64,000 nucleotides of DNA from an uncultured Solirubrobacterales bacterium. GTDB taxonomy: Bacteria; Actinomycetota; Thermoleophilia; Solirubrobacterales; Solirubrobacteraceae. Shown one piece after another: positions 18,917-27,379 of the stretch. Numbering within the stretch: the first letter of the stretch is position 1; the number at the start of each line of letters is the position of its first letter. The translations under genes and the position numbers were made by a program. Below the pieces are notes generated by a model. That model saw only the letters and a list, made by a program, of their open reading frames with translations, searched no databases and was not told the DNA's origin. The stretch is taken from assembly GCA_963825025.1 (NCBI GenBank), contig CAWGRJ010000002.1, positions 1,218,497-1,282,496 on the forward strand, written 5' to 3'.

Positions 18917-20326
18917 TCAGCGCCCGAGGTAGTGGAGGCTGGTCCCGCCTCCGGTCGGTGTCGGCGGCGGGGACTGGCCTTCGCCCTGTCCCGATTCGCT
19001 GCTTGTAGCTGTGCTCGCCGCTCTCGCCGTCGCCGTCGTGGTCGGGGCGGTTGGAGAGCCGCCGATCGCGAGATATCCATCTGCACGGCTAGGCGGGGGC
19101 GGCGGGTGCTGCGGCCGATCCGTGCTCCGCGCGGGGGTCGGTGCTGGTTTCGCGGCGGTAGTCTGAGTCGTGGGCAGCCCGCCGGGCTCGCTGGTCGGCG
19201 CGATGCTGCTGGCGCCCGGGACCGTGGTGCGCGCGACCGGATGCCAGGCGACGCGGCGATGCTGGGGCGGGGCTGAGCCCTCCAGAGAGTGGACAGCGCT
19301 GACGCCAGCACCAGCGACGGCGAGCACACCGACGCCGGCAGCTACGGCGACCTTCGCCCCAGCTCCTCCGCCCAGCAGCAAACCCGCGCGCTCCGCGCTC
19401 GCGGCGCCACCGGAAGGCATACGGCCGTTATGCAGGAGGCCGAGCAGCCGTTCCAGCCAGCCGTGGGCGTGGGGTAGCACGACCGGCATAGGCAGCAGGG
19501 CGGCGCTCGCAGCGCGCTTGTACTGAGCACCCGCCATCTCGCGGGCGAGCAGGATGTGCTCGTGCCGGCACGCGCTGCAGGCGTCCAAGTGCGCTTGGGC
19601 GATCTTGGCTTCTTCCTCCAGCGCCGTGCCGTCGGCGAGCGCGTGCAGCGCCCCGGCGCGGTACTCGCACATCCGTCCAGCGGCCAGGATCGCGGTGACG
19701 TGCTCGAGCTTGCGATTCGCGCTGCGCGAGGCCGCGAGCACCGTCTTGGCCGGCAGACCCAGGGCCTTCGCGGCACGCTTCACGCCGACGCCGTAGCCGC
19801 CCATGATCGCGAGCACCCGACGCTCCAGCGGATCCAGCTGGGAGACCAGGTCCAGGGCGCGCAGGACACGATCGCGAGCTTCCACGAAGTCAAACGGCTC
19901 GTCCTCCCCGGCGAGCTCGCCTTCCAGCGGCTCGAACGCAACCCGGCGCTGTGACCCGACGCGCAGCTCGTGGCGGCCGGCCCTGCGCTCACCCACGAGA
20001 TACCCGACGGAGGTCCAGAACGCGCCCTGCAGGTGTTCTTCGTTCTGGATCGCCTTGCGGGACATCACCACGACCGCGATCGCTTCGTCCACGACTTCAT
20101 CGCGCACCCCTGGGCTCAAGAAGCGGGCGTCCTTGCGCCGGTCGACCGCCGCGCGCAGCTCGGCGCGGCGGGCCTGTAGTGCGTGGGCGGCCTCGTCCGG
20201 GGAAAGCACCCCGCTGCGGCCGGGCGCCCTGACGATCCACCGCGTACTCGCGCGCGAAACCATTGGCAGCCCCATCAGCCGGGGCCTCGGGATTGTTTGG
20301 GCTGAACTCGCCATCAATAGGTTCAT
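18917..20326 (-). CDS. sigma-70 region-4-like domain fused to a zf-HC2 anti-sigma domain, one TM helix and a Pro/Thr-rich tail
   Basis: LDPLERRVLAIMGGYGVGVKRAAKALGLPAKTVLAASRSANRKLEH (region 4 HTH). HLDACSACRHEH (HxxxCxxC). TM AGAKVAVAAGVGVLAVAGAGV. GGAGGG lies 12 nt upstream of ATG 20326. Confidence 0.6.
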   Translation of the reverse strand: MNLLMASSAQTIPRPRLMGLPMVSRASTRWIVRAPGRSGVLSPDEAAHALQARRAELRAAVDRRKDARFLSPGVRDEVVDEAIAVVVMSRKAIQNEEHLQGAFWTSVGYLVGERRAGRHELRVGSQRRVAFEPLEGELAGEDEPFDFVEARDRVLRALDLVSQLDPLERRVLAIMGGYGVGVKRAAKALGLPAKTVLAASRSANRKLEHVTAILAAGRMCEYRAGALHALADGTALEEEAKIAQAHLDACSACRHEHILLAREMAGAQYKRAASAALLPMPVVLPHAHGWLERLLGLLHNGRMPSGGAASAERAGLLLGGGAGAKVAVAAGVGVLAVAGAGVSAVHSLEGSAPPQHRRVAWHPVARTTVPGASSIAPTSEPGGLPTTQTTAAKPAPTPARSTDRPQHPPPPPSRADGYLAIGGSPTAPTTTATARAASTATSSESGQGEGQSPPPTPTGGGTSLHYLGR

Positions 20327-20621
20327 GCGAGCAGCACCCTCCGGGAGACAACGAATTCCCTCCGAGCAGCCTCCAGCGAACCCTCCGAAAACGGAGCAGC
20401 AGTGGGCTGATCGCCTTTTGCGCGCGCTGGCTTCATAGACGTCCCCTTACCTACCTAACTCTTTTCGGCAAGTTGGACTTCCAGCCTGACCCACGGCTGG
20501 ACGCGCACACCATCGCCCGCTCCAAACCCACGGCACACGCGCCCGCCGCATGGGCTCGTCGGCGCTCCCGTAGTCAACGCGGCCGTCTGCCCGGGGAGGC
20601 CCTGCGGATAGGGTTTCGCGC

Positions 20622-21192
20622 GTGACTACGCGCCTGCAGGGACCAGGATCGCGGCCGAGGCTCTGGATGAGCCGCAAGCACTGGATGATCGTCCTCGGCA
20701 CCGCGACGGTCGTGCTGACCGTGGTTGGTGTTCTGCTCGAACGGCCGATGGAGCACGCAGGCGCACCGGGAATCCTCGCGTTCGAGTTCGCCGCGACGAA
20801 GGCACGGGTGAGTCAGCTACTCGCGGAATGGGGTCCGGCCGGCCGGCACGCCGCGCGCGTATCGCTGATCGTGGACTACGCCCTACATGGTCAGCTACGG
20901 CGGGTTCTTCACGCTCGCCGGGCTTGCCACCAGAGACCTCTCGGCCCGGCAAGGCTGGCGGCGCCTCGCCGCGGCCGGCCAGATCGTGCCGTTCTTCGCC
21001 GCCACGGCGGCCTGCTTCGACGCAATCGAAAACGTGTTCCTGCTGATCGCGCTCGCCGGCAACGGCGGCAATACAGCGCCTTTGCTCGCGACGGTCTGCT
21101 CCAGCATCAAGTGGATGCTGATTACGCTCGCCATCATCTACGCAATCTGCGGCGCGGTCGGCTGGTTCCGGCGCACCCCCCAGCCCGCATAA
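20622..21192 (+). pseudogene. membrane protein interrupted by an apparent +1 frameshift near 20869-20890
   Basis: Frame A (20622 on) reads ...MIVLGTATVVLTVVGVLL...GILAFEFAATKARVSQLLAEWGPAGRHAARVSLIVDYA and then turns Arg-rich. Frame B (ATG 20887) continues YMVSYGGFFTLAGLA... with three more hydrophobic helices up to 21192. Confidence 0.4.
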
Positions 21193-21202
21193 CAGCCTCG
21201 AT

Positions 21203-21862
21203 ATGGCGAGCGAGACAACAGCGGTCCTGCTCGACCTCGACGGTGTGCTCGTTGATTCCCGCACCGCGATCAGCCGGTCCATCAGCCACGCCCTCGCCGA
21301 GCAGGACTTCCCGCAGCCGAACCTCGCGTCGCTGGAGCGGTTCATCGGCCCCCAGCTCACGCTCGCGTTCGCCGAGCTCACCGGGCAGCCCCCGGACTCG
21401 CCGGCCGTGCTGGCGTGTCTGGCGAGCTACAGAGCAAGATACCGCGACGCTTCGCTACGCGAAACGACCGTGTTCGACGGCATCCCCGCCGTGCTCGGAG
21501 TGCTGGGCGAACGGCACCTGCTCGCCGTCGCCACGTCCAAGCCACTCGCTTTCGCCGAGCCCCTGCTGACGGCGCTCGACCTTCGCGGCACCCTCGATCA
21601 CGTCGCCGCCCCCGACCTCGACGCGCACCACGAGGACAAGGCAGCCACGATCCGCTCCGCGCTCTCCGCAATCGGCACCGAGCGCGCGGTCATGGTCGGC
21701 GACCGCTCCTTCGACATCCTCGGCGCGCACGCCTGTGGCATCCCCGCCGTCGGCGTGTCCTGGGGCATCGGCACCCGCGATGAGCTGGCCAATGCGCGCG
21801 CCGACCGGATCGTTGACGAGCCTGGCGAGCTGCCAGAAGCCATCGGCGACCTCCTCGCCTGA
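21203..21862 (+). CDS. HAD-superfamily hydrolase, subfamily IA (phosphoglycolate-phosphatase-like)
   Basis: Motif I AVLLDLDGVLVDS. Motif III/IV VMVGDRSFDILGAHACGIPAVGVSWG. Confidence 0.85.
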   Translation: MASETTAVLLDLDGVLVDSRTAISRSISHALAEQDFPQPNLASLERFIGPQLTLAFAELTGQPPDSPAVLACLASYRARYRDASLRETTVFDGIPAVLGVLGERHLLAVATSKPLAFAEPLLTALDLRGTLDHVAAPDLDAHHEDKAATIRSALSAIGTERAVMVGDRSFDILGAHACGIPAVGVSWGIGTRDELANARADRIVDEPGELPEAIGDLLA

Positions 21863-22326
21863 GCCACCGGGCCGCGCGCGCTGGTCAAAGTCCGCAGCGA
21901 GCGGTCGTAATGAGCGAGCCGCGCGCGGCGATACGCCGACGGTGAGACGCCGTGACAGCGCCGGAAGTTCCGCGCGAAGGTCGGCCCACGGCTATACCCG
22001 ACCAGTCGCGGCACCTCGGCGAGTGGCGGCGTAGGGTGAGCCAGAAGCTCACTGGCGGCGGTCATCCGTCGCCAGAGAAGCTCCTCACGGAAGGTGCGGC
22101 TCCCGAACTGCTCGAACACGCGCTGTAGCTGTCGAGGGGAAATCGCGAGGATCGCGGCGACTGCCGAAACGGTGAGCCGCCGACGATAGCCGTGCTCGAT
22201 CAGCGCGCACGCCCGGAGGTACATCCTGCGGCGTTCGCTCATCGTCTGCCCGCGCATCCCGCTTCGCGTTGGGCCGGGGGCTGGCGTCCAGCCGCCGGAG
22301 TGAACGTGCGCTGGCACGCCGGTCAT
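21598..22326 (-). CDS. AraC-family transcriptional regulator (HTH domain only)
   Basis: Double HTH: LTVSAVAAILAISPRQLQRVFEQ... and LAEVPRLVGYSRGPTFARNFRRCHGVSPSAYRRA. ATG 22326 overlaps the upstream stop (ATGA). The distal 265 nt overlap the convergent HAD gene and are probably not functional sequence. Confidence 0.65.
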   Translation of the reverse strand: MTGVPAHVHSGGWTPAPGPTRSGMRGQTMSERRRMYLRACALIEHGYRRRLTVSAVAAILAISPRQLQRVFEQFGSRTFREELLWRRMTAASELLAHPTPPLAEVPRLVGYSRGPTFARNFRRCHGVSPSAYRRARLAHYDRSLRTLTSARGPVAQARRSPMASGSSPGSSTIRSARALASSSRVPMPQDTPTAGMPQACAPRMSKERSPTMTARSVPIAESAERIVAALSSWCASRSGAAT

Positions 22327-22862
22327 ACCGTTAGCTGGTCGTAGCGCAGCGCTGCCCTGGACAGAAACAGCATCCCCTCGCAGCTGTCCAGTAGGCCGGC
22401 CGCGATGAGCCTCTCGATCGCGTCGGTGATTCTGTTGCGCTTTCGTTTGGATTTTCCGAGCTCGCGCAGTAGCTCTTGGCGGGACAGCGGTCGGCTGCCG
22501 TCGGTGGTGGCCAGCATCAGCTCGAGCACGATCGACTCGTCGTGGTGCTCGTGCGCGGAGGAGCTGTCGTGGTCGTGGTTGATCCCGCAGACGCGCAGCG
22601 CCGCGTAGCTGGCAGCGGCGAACTCGCCCCAGCGGTTGATCAGCCCGTCGTCCTTCAGGCGCGCGAGCGCCGCGGGGACCTCACCGCCGGAGCTGACAGC
22701 GCGGGCTAGCTCGGCTTCGGTCCACGGGTGCGACGTTTGGAGCATGAGGTCAAGGAGCGCCCGGTCGAGGACGGTCTCGTCGGGCTGGGTTTCCCGCTTG
22801 GAATGGTCGTTCACTTCGCCTGTTACCTCCCATGCCGTCACTTCACGGGCCGCCGTCGGCAC
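22323..22862 (-). CDS. hypothetical protein with two winged-helix-like repeats
   Basis: Two similar segments: WTEAELARAVSSGGEVPAALARLKDDGLINR and LSRQELLRELGKSKRKRNRITDAIERLIAAGLLD. Confidence 0.6.
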   Translation of the reverse strand: MPTAAREVTAWEVTGEVNDHSKRETQPDETVLDRALLDLMLQTSHPWTEAELARAVSSGGEVPAALARLKDDGLINRWGEFAAASYAALRVCGINHDHDSSSAHEHHDESIVLELMLATTDGSRPLSRQELLRELGKSKRKRNRITDAIERLIAAGLLDSCEGMLFLSRAALRYDQLTV

Positions 22863-22970
22863 CGGCGCAACGGCTTACGGTTACAGGACAACCAACATAC
22901 GCACACCCCGCCCACCTTCAGCCCAGGATGCACAGTTGACACATACCTGCATCACTACGGACCGCAACCT

Positions 22971-23741
22971 TCACGCCGCGCGCACGGCCGGTGGTCGAAC
23001 GGCCGCGCGATCTCTGACGCACAGCGAGTAGCCGACCCCGCGAGCGTTGACGATCCACCCCTCGGCTCCCACGGCCGCGAGCTTGCTGCGCAACCGTGAA
23101 GCATGCGAGTCAAGTGTGCGGGTGTTCCCGAGCGCCTTGTAACCCCACACGTCCGATAGCAGCTCTGACTTCGTGAACACCCTCCCAGGGCAGCGTGCGA
23201 GACACACAAGCAGGTCGTACTCCATCCGCCGCAGCACGACCGGGTTAGAGTTAAACGTCACGCTTCGCGCCTCCAGGTCGATAACGAGGTCGCCGAGCGA
23301 CACCAAGCCCGACGAGGCAAGGGACGGTGAACGACGCACGAGGGCGGCGATCCGCGCGAATAGCTCCCGTGGATAAACGGGCTCTCGGATCACATCGTCG
23401 CTTCCAGCGTCAAACGCGCGCAGCACATCGATCTCCGTATCACCGGGCGCGATCCATAGAACTCGCATGGTCGGGCTGACCGCCGGGGCAAGCGCGCCCG
23501 CCCGAAGTTCTCGCAGCACCGCGAGCGAGGCCGCGTCGCGCCCGCAGCCGAAGATCAGCAGCTCGACATCCCCAGGCTCGCAGCACAATCTCAAAAACTC
23601 TTGATTGGGTGCCTTGCGAGCGTCAAAGCCGTCGAGCAGTAGCTCATCCACGATCGGCTTGTTTCGCAGGGTGTCCCCAAAGACGACGATCGTCCTGCAC
23701 ACCGCATCGCGTGCTTCCCCGTTGCTCGATGTACCTATCAT
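22971..23741 (-). CDS. OmpR/PhoB-type response regulator with degenerate receiver domain
   Basis: AAGGGGA Shine-Dalgarno before ATG 23741. C-terminal winged helix ...LRRMEYDLLVCLARCPGRVFTKSELLSDVWGY...TLDSHASRLRSKL...GVGYSL. The receiver positions are substituted (see finding). Confidence 0.8.
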   Translation of the reverse strand: MIGTSSNGEARDAVCRTIVVFGDTLRNKPIVDELLLDGFDARKAPNQEFLRLCCEPGDVELLIFGCGRDAASLAVLRELRAGALAPAVSPTMRVLWIAPGDTEIDVLRAFDAGSDDVIREPVYPRELFARIAALVRRSPSLASSGLVSLGDLVIDLEARSVTFNSNPVVLRRMEYDLLVCLARCPGRVFTKSELLSDVWGYKALGNTRTLDSHASRLRSKLAAVGAEGWIVNARGVGYSLCVRDRAAVRPPAVRAA

Positions 23742-23941
23742 CTCTATTCCCCTTTTCCCGGTTTCATGAACTCGGCTCCCGCCCGCGGGCAAGCAGCGAC
23801 GCTTCACCCGCCTAAAGGTGAAGTGCTGCAATCCTGCGAGTTAGGTGCTTTGGTCTGGTTCGCGCGGCTCGTCTCGCTTAGACCGCCGCCGCCACAGAAT
23901 CGCGTTGACGGCACACACGTCTAACTGGCCGACCGGACGGG

Positions 23942-24277
23942 CTAATTCACGACCGCAACCAACGCCGCAAAGGCTCCCGGTCGCGACAACAAAGGCGAGA
24001 CCAGCAAGTTGCCCGGCCGTGGCGCGCTTGCGATTTGTCGCCTGGAGAGGTACACCTGTCGCGTGGCGATGAGAACGGGCGACTTCCAGACAGGCGCGAT
24101 GAAAGCAGCCTCAATCCTTCCCCAGCCAGAAGGGCTCGACACTGAGTTCCTGCCATTCTCGGCGAGGTCGACACGCCTCTGGCTCTCAAGAGTCTTCTCC
24201 TGGCTCGCAAGACTCCTGTAGATGGCGTCCAGCGGTTGATGATTCTTCGGCTGTTTCTCCTGCCAAGGATCGTCCAT
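23942..24277 (-). CDS. hypothetical protein (111 aa), divergent from the lipoprotein gene
   Basis: ORF trimmed to ATG 24277 (MDDPWQEKQPKNHQPLDAIYRSLASQEK...). Moderate-GC region. No family recognised. Confidence 0.3.
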   Translation of the reverse strand: MDDPWQEKQPKNHQPLDAIYRSLASQEKTLESQRRVDLAENGRNSVSSPSGWGRIEAAFIAPVWKSPVLIATRQVYLSRRQIASAPRPGNLLVSPLLSRPGAFAALVAVVN

Positions 24278-24339
24278 AGAGTGTTGATGATCACGGGCTC
24301 GCCGGATGACTGGCGTTTTGCGCACCCCGAAGCGTTAGG

Positions 24340-25278
24340 ATGCGCAACATGCGGGGGTTGCTTACGGCGCTGACGGTGCTCGCACTTGGGTGCGGTCTGG
24401 CGGACTGCGGGTCGAGCGCTACCCACCACGCTCAGACGAGCATGACGAGCAAAACGCCCGCGCCAACGCGGGCGCAGTACATTGCCGCCGTTGATGCCAT
24501 CTGCCGCGCTAGCGATGCTGCTGAAAAGCCTCCAAACGAAAAGTCCGACTCAATCCTTGCAATGCATCTGAGCAACGAAGCGACTGCCCCCAAACTAGTC
24601 CCGATCTTTCGCACTGACGTAGCCAACTATCACACGTTCATCAAGAAAGTGGCGGCAGTGCATCAACCGCGTGGCGACCAAAAAATCCTAGAAAGGATTG
24701 CGGTCGCTCATGAAGATCTCGCCGCTGCTGCCGAACGCGAGACACATGTTCTGGAACACTACGAAGCCGAAGCGTGGAAAGCCGCTTCTAACGACGAGAC
24801 TGAAATAAAGAAGCACCTCGATGCGCTAGAGCAGGGGTATGGCTTCACGGTCTGCGGCACAGAAGGCAAGGGGGAAGCTAAGTCGCACACTGCTGCTCAT
24901 CAGGGCTTGCGAATCGGTGAAGCCGCGACCATCGGAACGCTTGTGATCCGTCCTATCTCGTTCGTAAGGTACAGAAGCAATGGGACCGAAGCAGTATGGA
25001 GAGCCACAATAACGGTAACCAACAATGGCTCTACGGGCGTGACTCCGTTTTGCCGAATTGGCGAAGAATGGGCGTCACTGATCGATAGCAAAGAACGCGT
25101 CTACGAAGCGCAGCACGAATCACAGTTTGAGGGTAGCTGTGAAACTATTGAGCCGGGCTTGTCTAACAACCACATTACCGTAGATTTCAAGATGCCTGCC
25201 GATGACAAGCCCTCAATGCTCAACTTGTGGGGCGAAGCCGAATACGAATCTCAGGCACGCGCATGGAGCGTCGGATAG
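24340..25278 (+). CDS. lipoprotein (312 aa) in a low-GC patch
   Basis: N-terminus MRNMRGLLTALTVLALGCGLADCGSS has a lipobox-like LALGC. Two 60-nt lines inside the gene were hand-counted at 48-50% G+C. Confidence 0.7.
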   Translation: MRNMRGLLTALTVLALGCGLADCGSSATHHAQTSMTSKTPAPTRAQYIAAVDAICRASDAAEKPPNEKSDSILAMHLSNEATAPKLVPIFRTDVANYHTFIKKVAAVHQPRGDQKILERIAVAHEDLAAAAERETHVLEHYEAEAWKAASNDETEIKKHLDALEQGYGFTVCGTEGKGEAKSHTAAHQGLRIGEAATIGTLVIRPISFVRYRSNGTEAVWRATITVTNNGSTGVTPFCRIGEEWASLIDSKERVYEAQHESQFEGSCETIEPGLSNNHITVDFKMPADDKPSMLNLWGEAEYESQARAWSVG

Positions 25279-25845
25279 GCGACGCCAGGTGGGACCCTAT
25301 GCCAGGGTCGGGGTCTCCGGTCTGCCCCGCACCGCAGGCGGTCTGGCAATCCCGCAGGAAAGCTCATCTAGGAGCAGCACGCCGTTGTGCATCCTAGAGC
25401 CCGCTTCGTCAACGCTCAAGCACCTCTGAACTCCGCCGAAGGTCAATTACGGCGCCGCTCGCGGGCGTAAGCTACGTTGCAGTCTTGTGGCCCAAGGACC
25501 AGCAGCGCATCGAGGAGGAGCAGGCGGGGATCGCTCGTCCGGCTCCCGCCACCCTCGCGTCGTCTCACCTAGCGCAGGCGCTCGAACGCGTTTGACGACG
25601 CGTGTAGTCCCGAGGCGGTCTTCGCGCCGCGGAAGATCTGGCCGCTTCAGTCCTCCGACTCGGTTCGCAGCCGACGAACACTCTCGGAGGTCACGCAGCG
25701 CAACCTGGCCCTGACCGCAACGCTTTTCACTGCGTTCGCGGCGGAGGCGTTCGTCAACAACTTCCTCGACGTCCATGATCTGAAATCGCGTGTCAGTGCT
25801 ACGAGGTTTAAGAAGCTCGATCGCGGAAGCACGGTCCAGAAGTAC

Positions 25846-26388
25846 GTGGAGGGGGTCGCCATCGCATATGAGCCCCTATTCGAACCGAACGACGAGGCGA
25901 TACCGGCCATCTCAGAGTTGTTTGAGGTGCGGAACAAACTGGTCCACGCACGACCCGGGATCGGGCCGCCAATCGCCTACATGCCAGATCCCACGTGGCG
26001 CGGCATGTACCCGCCGAGCAAGGTGGCCAGGTGGCTGATCGCTGTTGCTGGAGCGGCGGAGCTCATGGAGGTCCGCTGCTATGGCTTCGACTATCACTCA
26101 TTTCCGGCTGCGTTTATCTGGCATGGCCGCAACATCATTACTGATATTGCCGCGAGGTCTGAGCCCCTTCCGGACCCGGCTATGACGGGCCGGGCGGCGG
26201 TCGTTCAACTCCTGGCCGAGGAGGCGGCAGAGCAAGCGAAACGGGCTGGCGGCATGAGGCTCACGGTCGACGAGCTACGGGATGCGCGGCTGAGACTTGC
26301 CGGGGAGGTGGGTCCTTGGGATAAGTTCACCGAGCTGCTTTCGCGCGATCCTCACGCAGGATACGACGAAGCGTCTGATTCAGACTGA
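25846..26388 (+). CDS. HEPN-domain protein (Rx4H motif); 5' end unresolved
   Basis: ELFEVRNKLVHARPG contains R-N-K-L-V-H (Arg codon 25930-25932, His codon 25945-25947). The frame stays open and protein-like for 91 codons upstream of the first ATG/GTG/TTG (GTG 25846), back to TAG 25570-25572. Confidence 0.55.
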   Translation: MEGVAIAYEPLFEPNDEAIPAISELFEVRNKLVHARPGIGPPIAYMPDPTWRGMYPPSKVARWLIAVAGAAELMEVRCYGFDYHSFPAAFIWHGRNIITDIAARSEPLPDPAMTGRAAVVQLLAEEAAEQAKRAGGMRLTVDELRDARLRLAGEVGPWDKFTELLSRDPHAGYDEASDSD

Positions 26389-26853
26389 CCCCCCCGGATA
26401 TCTTTCGGATACAGGAAGCTGCTCGATCTCTTCACGAATTGCCGAGAGCGCGGATACGGCGCGCGAGACGTTGTGACCTCGGTCCCCAATCCTCTGGTTA
26501 GCGCCGTTCGCTTGATCGGTGTCCTCCGCCAGCGCGCCAGCTTACCGCTCACGGGCGGCCTGCCGCGACAGCATCTCGCGATGCCTCGCGCGAGCGAGAA
26601 TCGGATCAAGAATCTGGCGGAACTCCGATGTCGTCTGCGCGGCGGCTTCATGAACCCCTTCCATGAACAGCGACCTCCCGGTGTTCGGGAAGGCAATCAA
26701 CAAGAACGCAATGCCTGCCGCTACGGCGCTCTTGAACCGCCGCGGAGTGAGCGATAGCAAATCGAAGCGAGTCATCCCGTAAGGGTACGACAACTGCTCG
26801 AGCAGGCATGTGGCGAGAAGCTCGCCATCGACCCTCCCGGCCCTTGTGGACAA
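26380..26853 (-). pseudogene. hypothetical gene with an in-frame TAA (26542-26544)
   Basis: The 103-codon ORF 26542-26853 ends in TAA. The same frame then stays open for 53 more protein-like codons (AGALAEDTDQANGANQRIGDRGHNVSRAVSALSAIREEIEQLPVSERYPGGSV) up to TGA 26380-26382. Confidence 0.3.
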
Positions 26854-27379
26854 GACTTGCGAGGCCCTCGGAATGGACGATTTTCAACTGTGCCGACTGA
26901 GGATCGGCACACGCTCGGTTGGGCCGGGGGGGAAGCGCAAGCAATTGCCTCGCGGCGCTTCAGACTCGGTCATCGTCCGAGCAGGCACGCCGGTGCGACC
27001 GTCGCGAAGCCTGCTCCTGGCCGAAAACAGCACCGAGGTGCGGCGTGTCCTCACTGGTTTCTTCGCGGCTCGTGTTGCTGTGGGTGGGCGCCGCAGTGTC
27101 AGTTACGTGCCAAGGTGCCGAGCCGCATTTAGTGTAGTTCTGAGGTAGTTAGGTCCGGCAAGGCGAGGGCGCTACTTGGCCGCGATGACCACGGTAGCTT
27201 CGGCCAGGGCCAAAGAGAAGCCACGACGGCGCCGGGCGCCTGCAGGTCCAGTTCGCCCTGTGCGAGCATCCGTGAAGGGCTGATCGAGCCGCTTTCTGGG
27301 CATCGACCGCGGCGGCCTCCGGGCACTCGGGAAAGCCCGACCTCGTGCATGGATGGAAAAGGGAGGTGCGAACGGACCG

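Noticed and set aside
18877-19329. N-terminal 151 codons of the 716-aa track ORF 17179-19329(-).
   Set aside because: This part overlaps the 3' end of the sigma/anti-sigma gene in another frame and is Arg/Pro-rich. A signal peptide begins right at ATG 18876.
26731-26742. 12-nt exact match (CTTGAACCGCCG) to the T-arm of tRNA-Phe (40420-40431), considered as a left att remnant of a second island.
   Set aside because: The match is too short and does not extend towards the tRNA 3' end (only scattered matches beyond 12 nt). It also lies inside a coding-like frame. It could be chance in GC-rich DNA.
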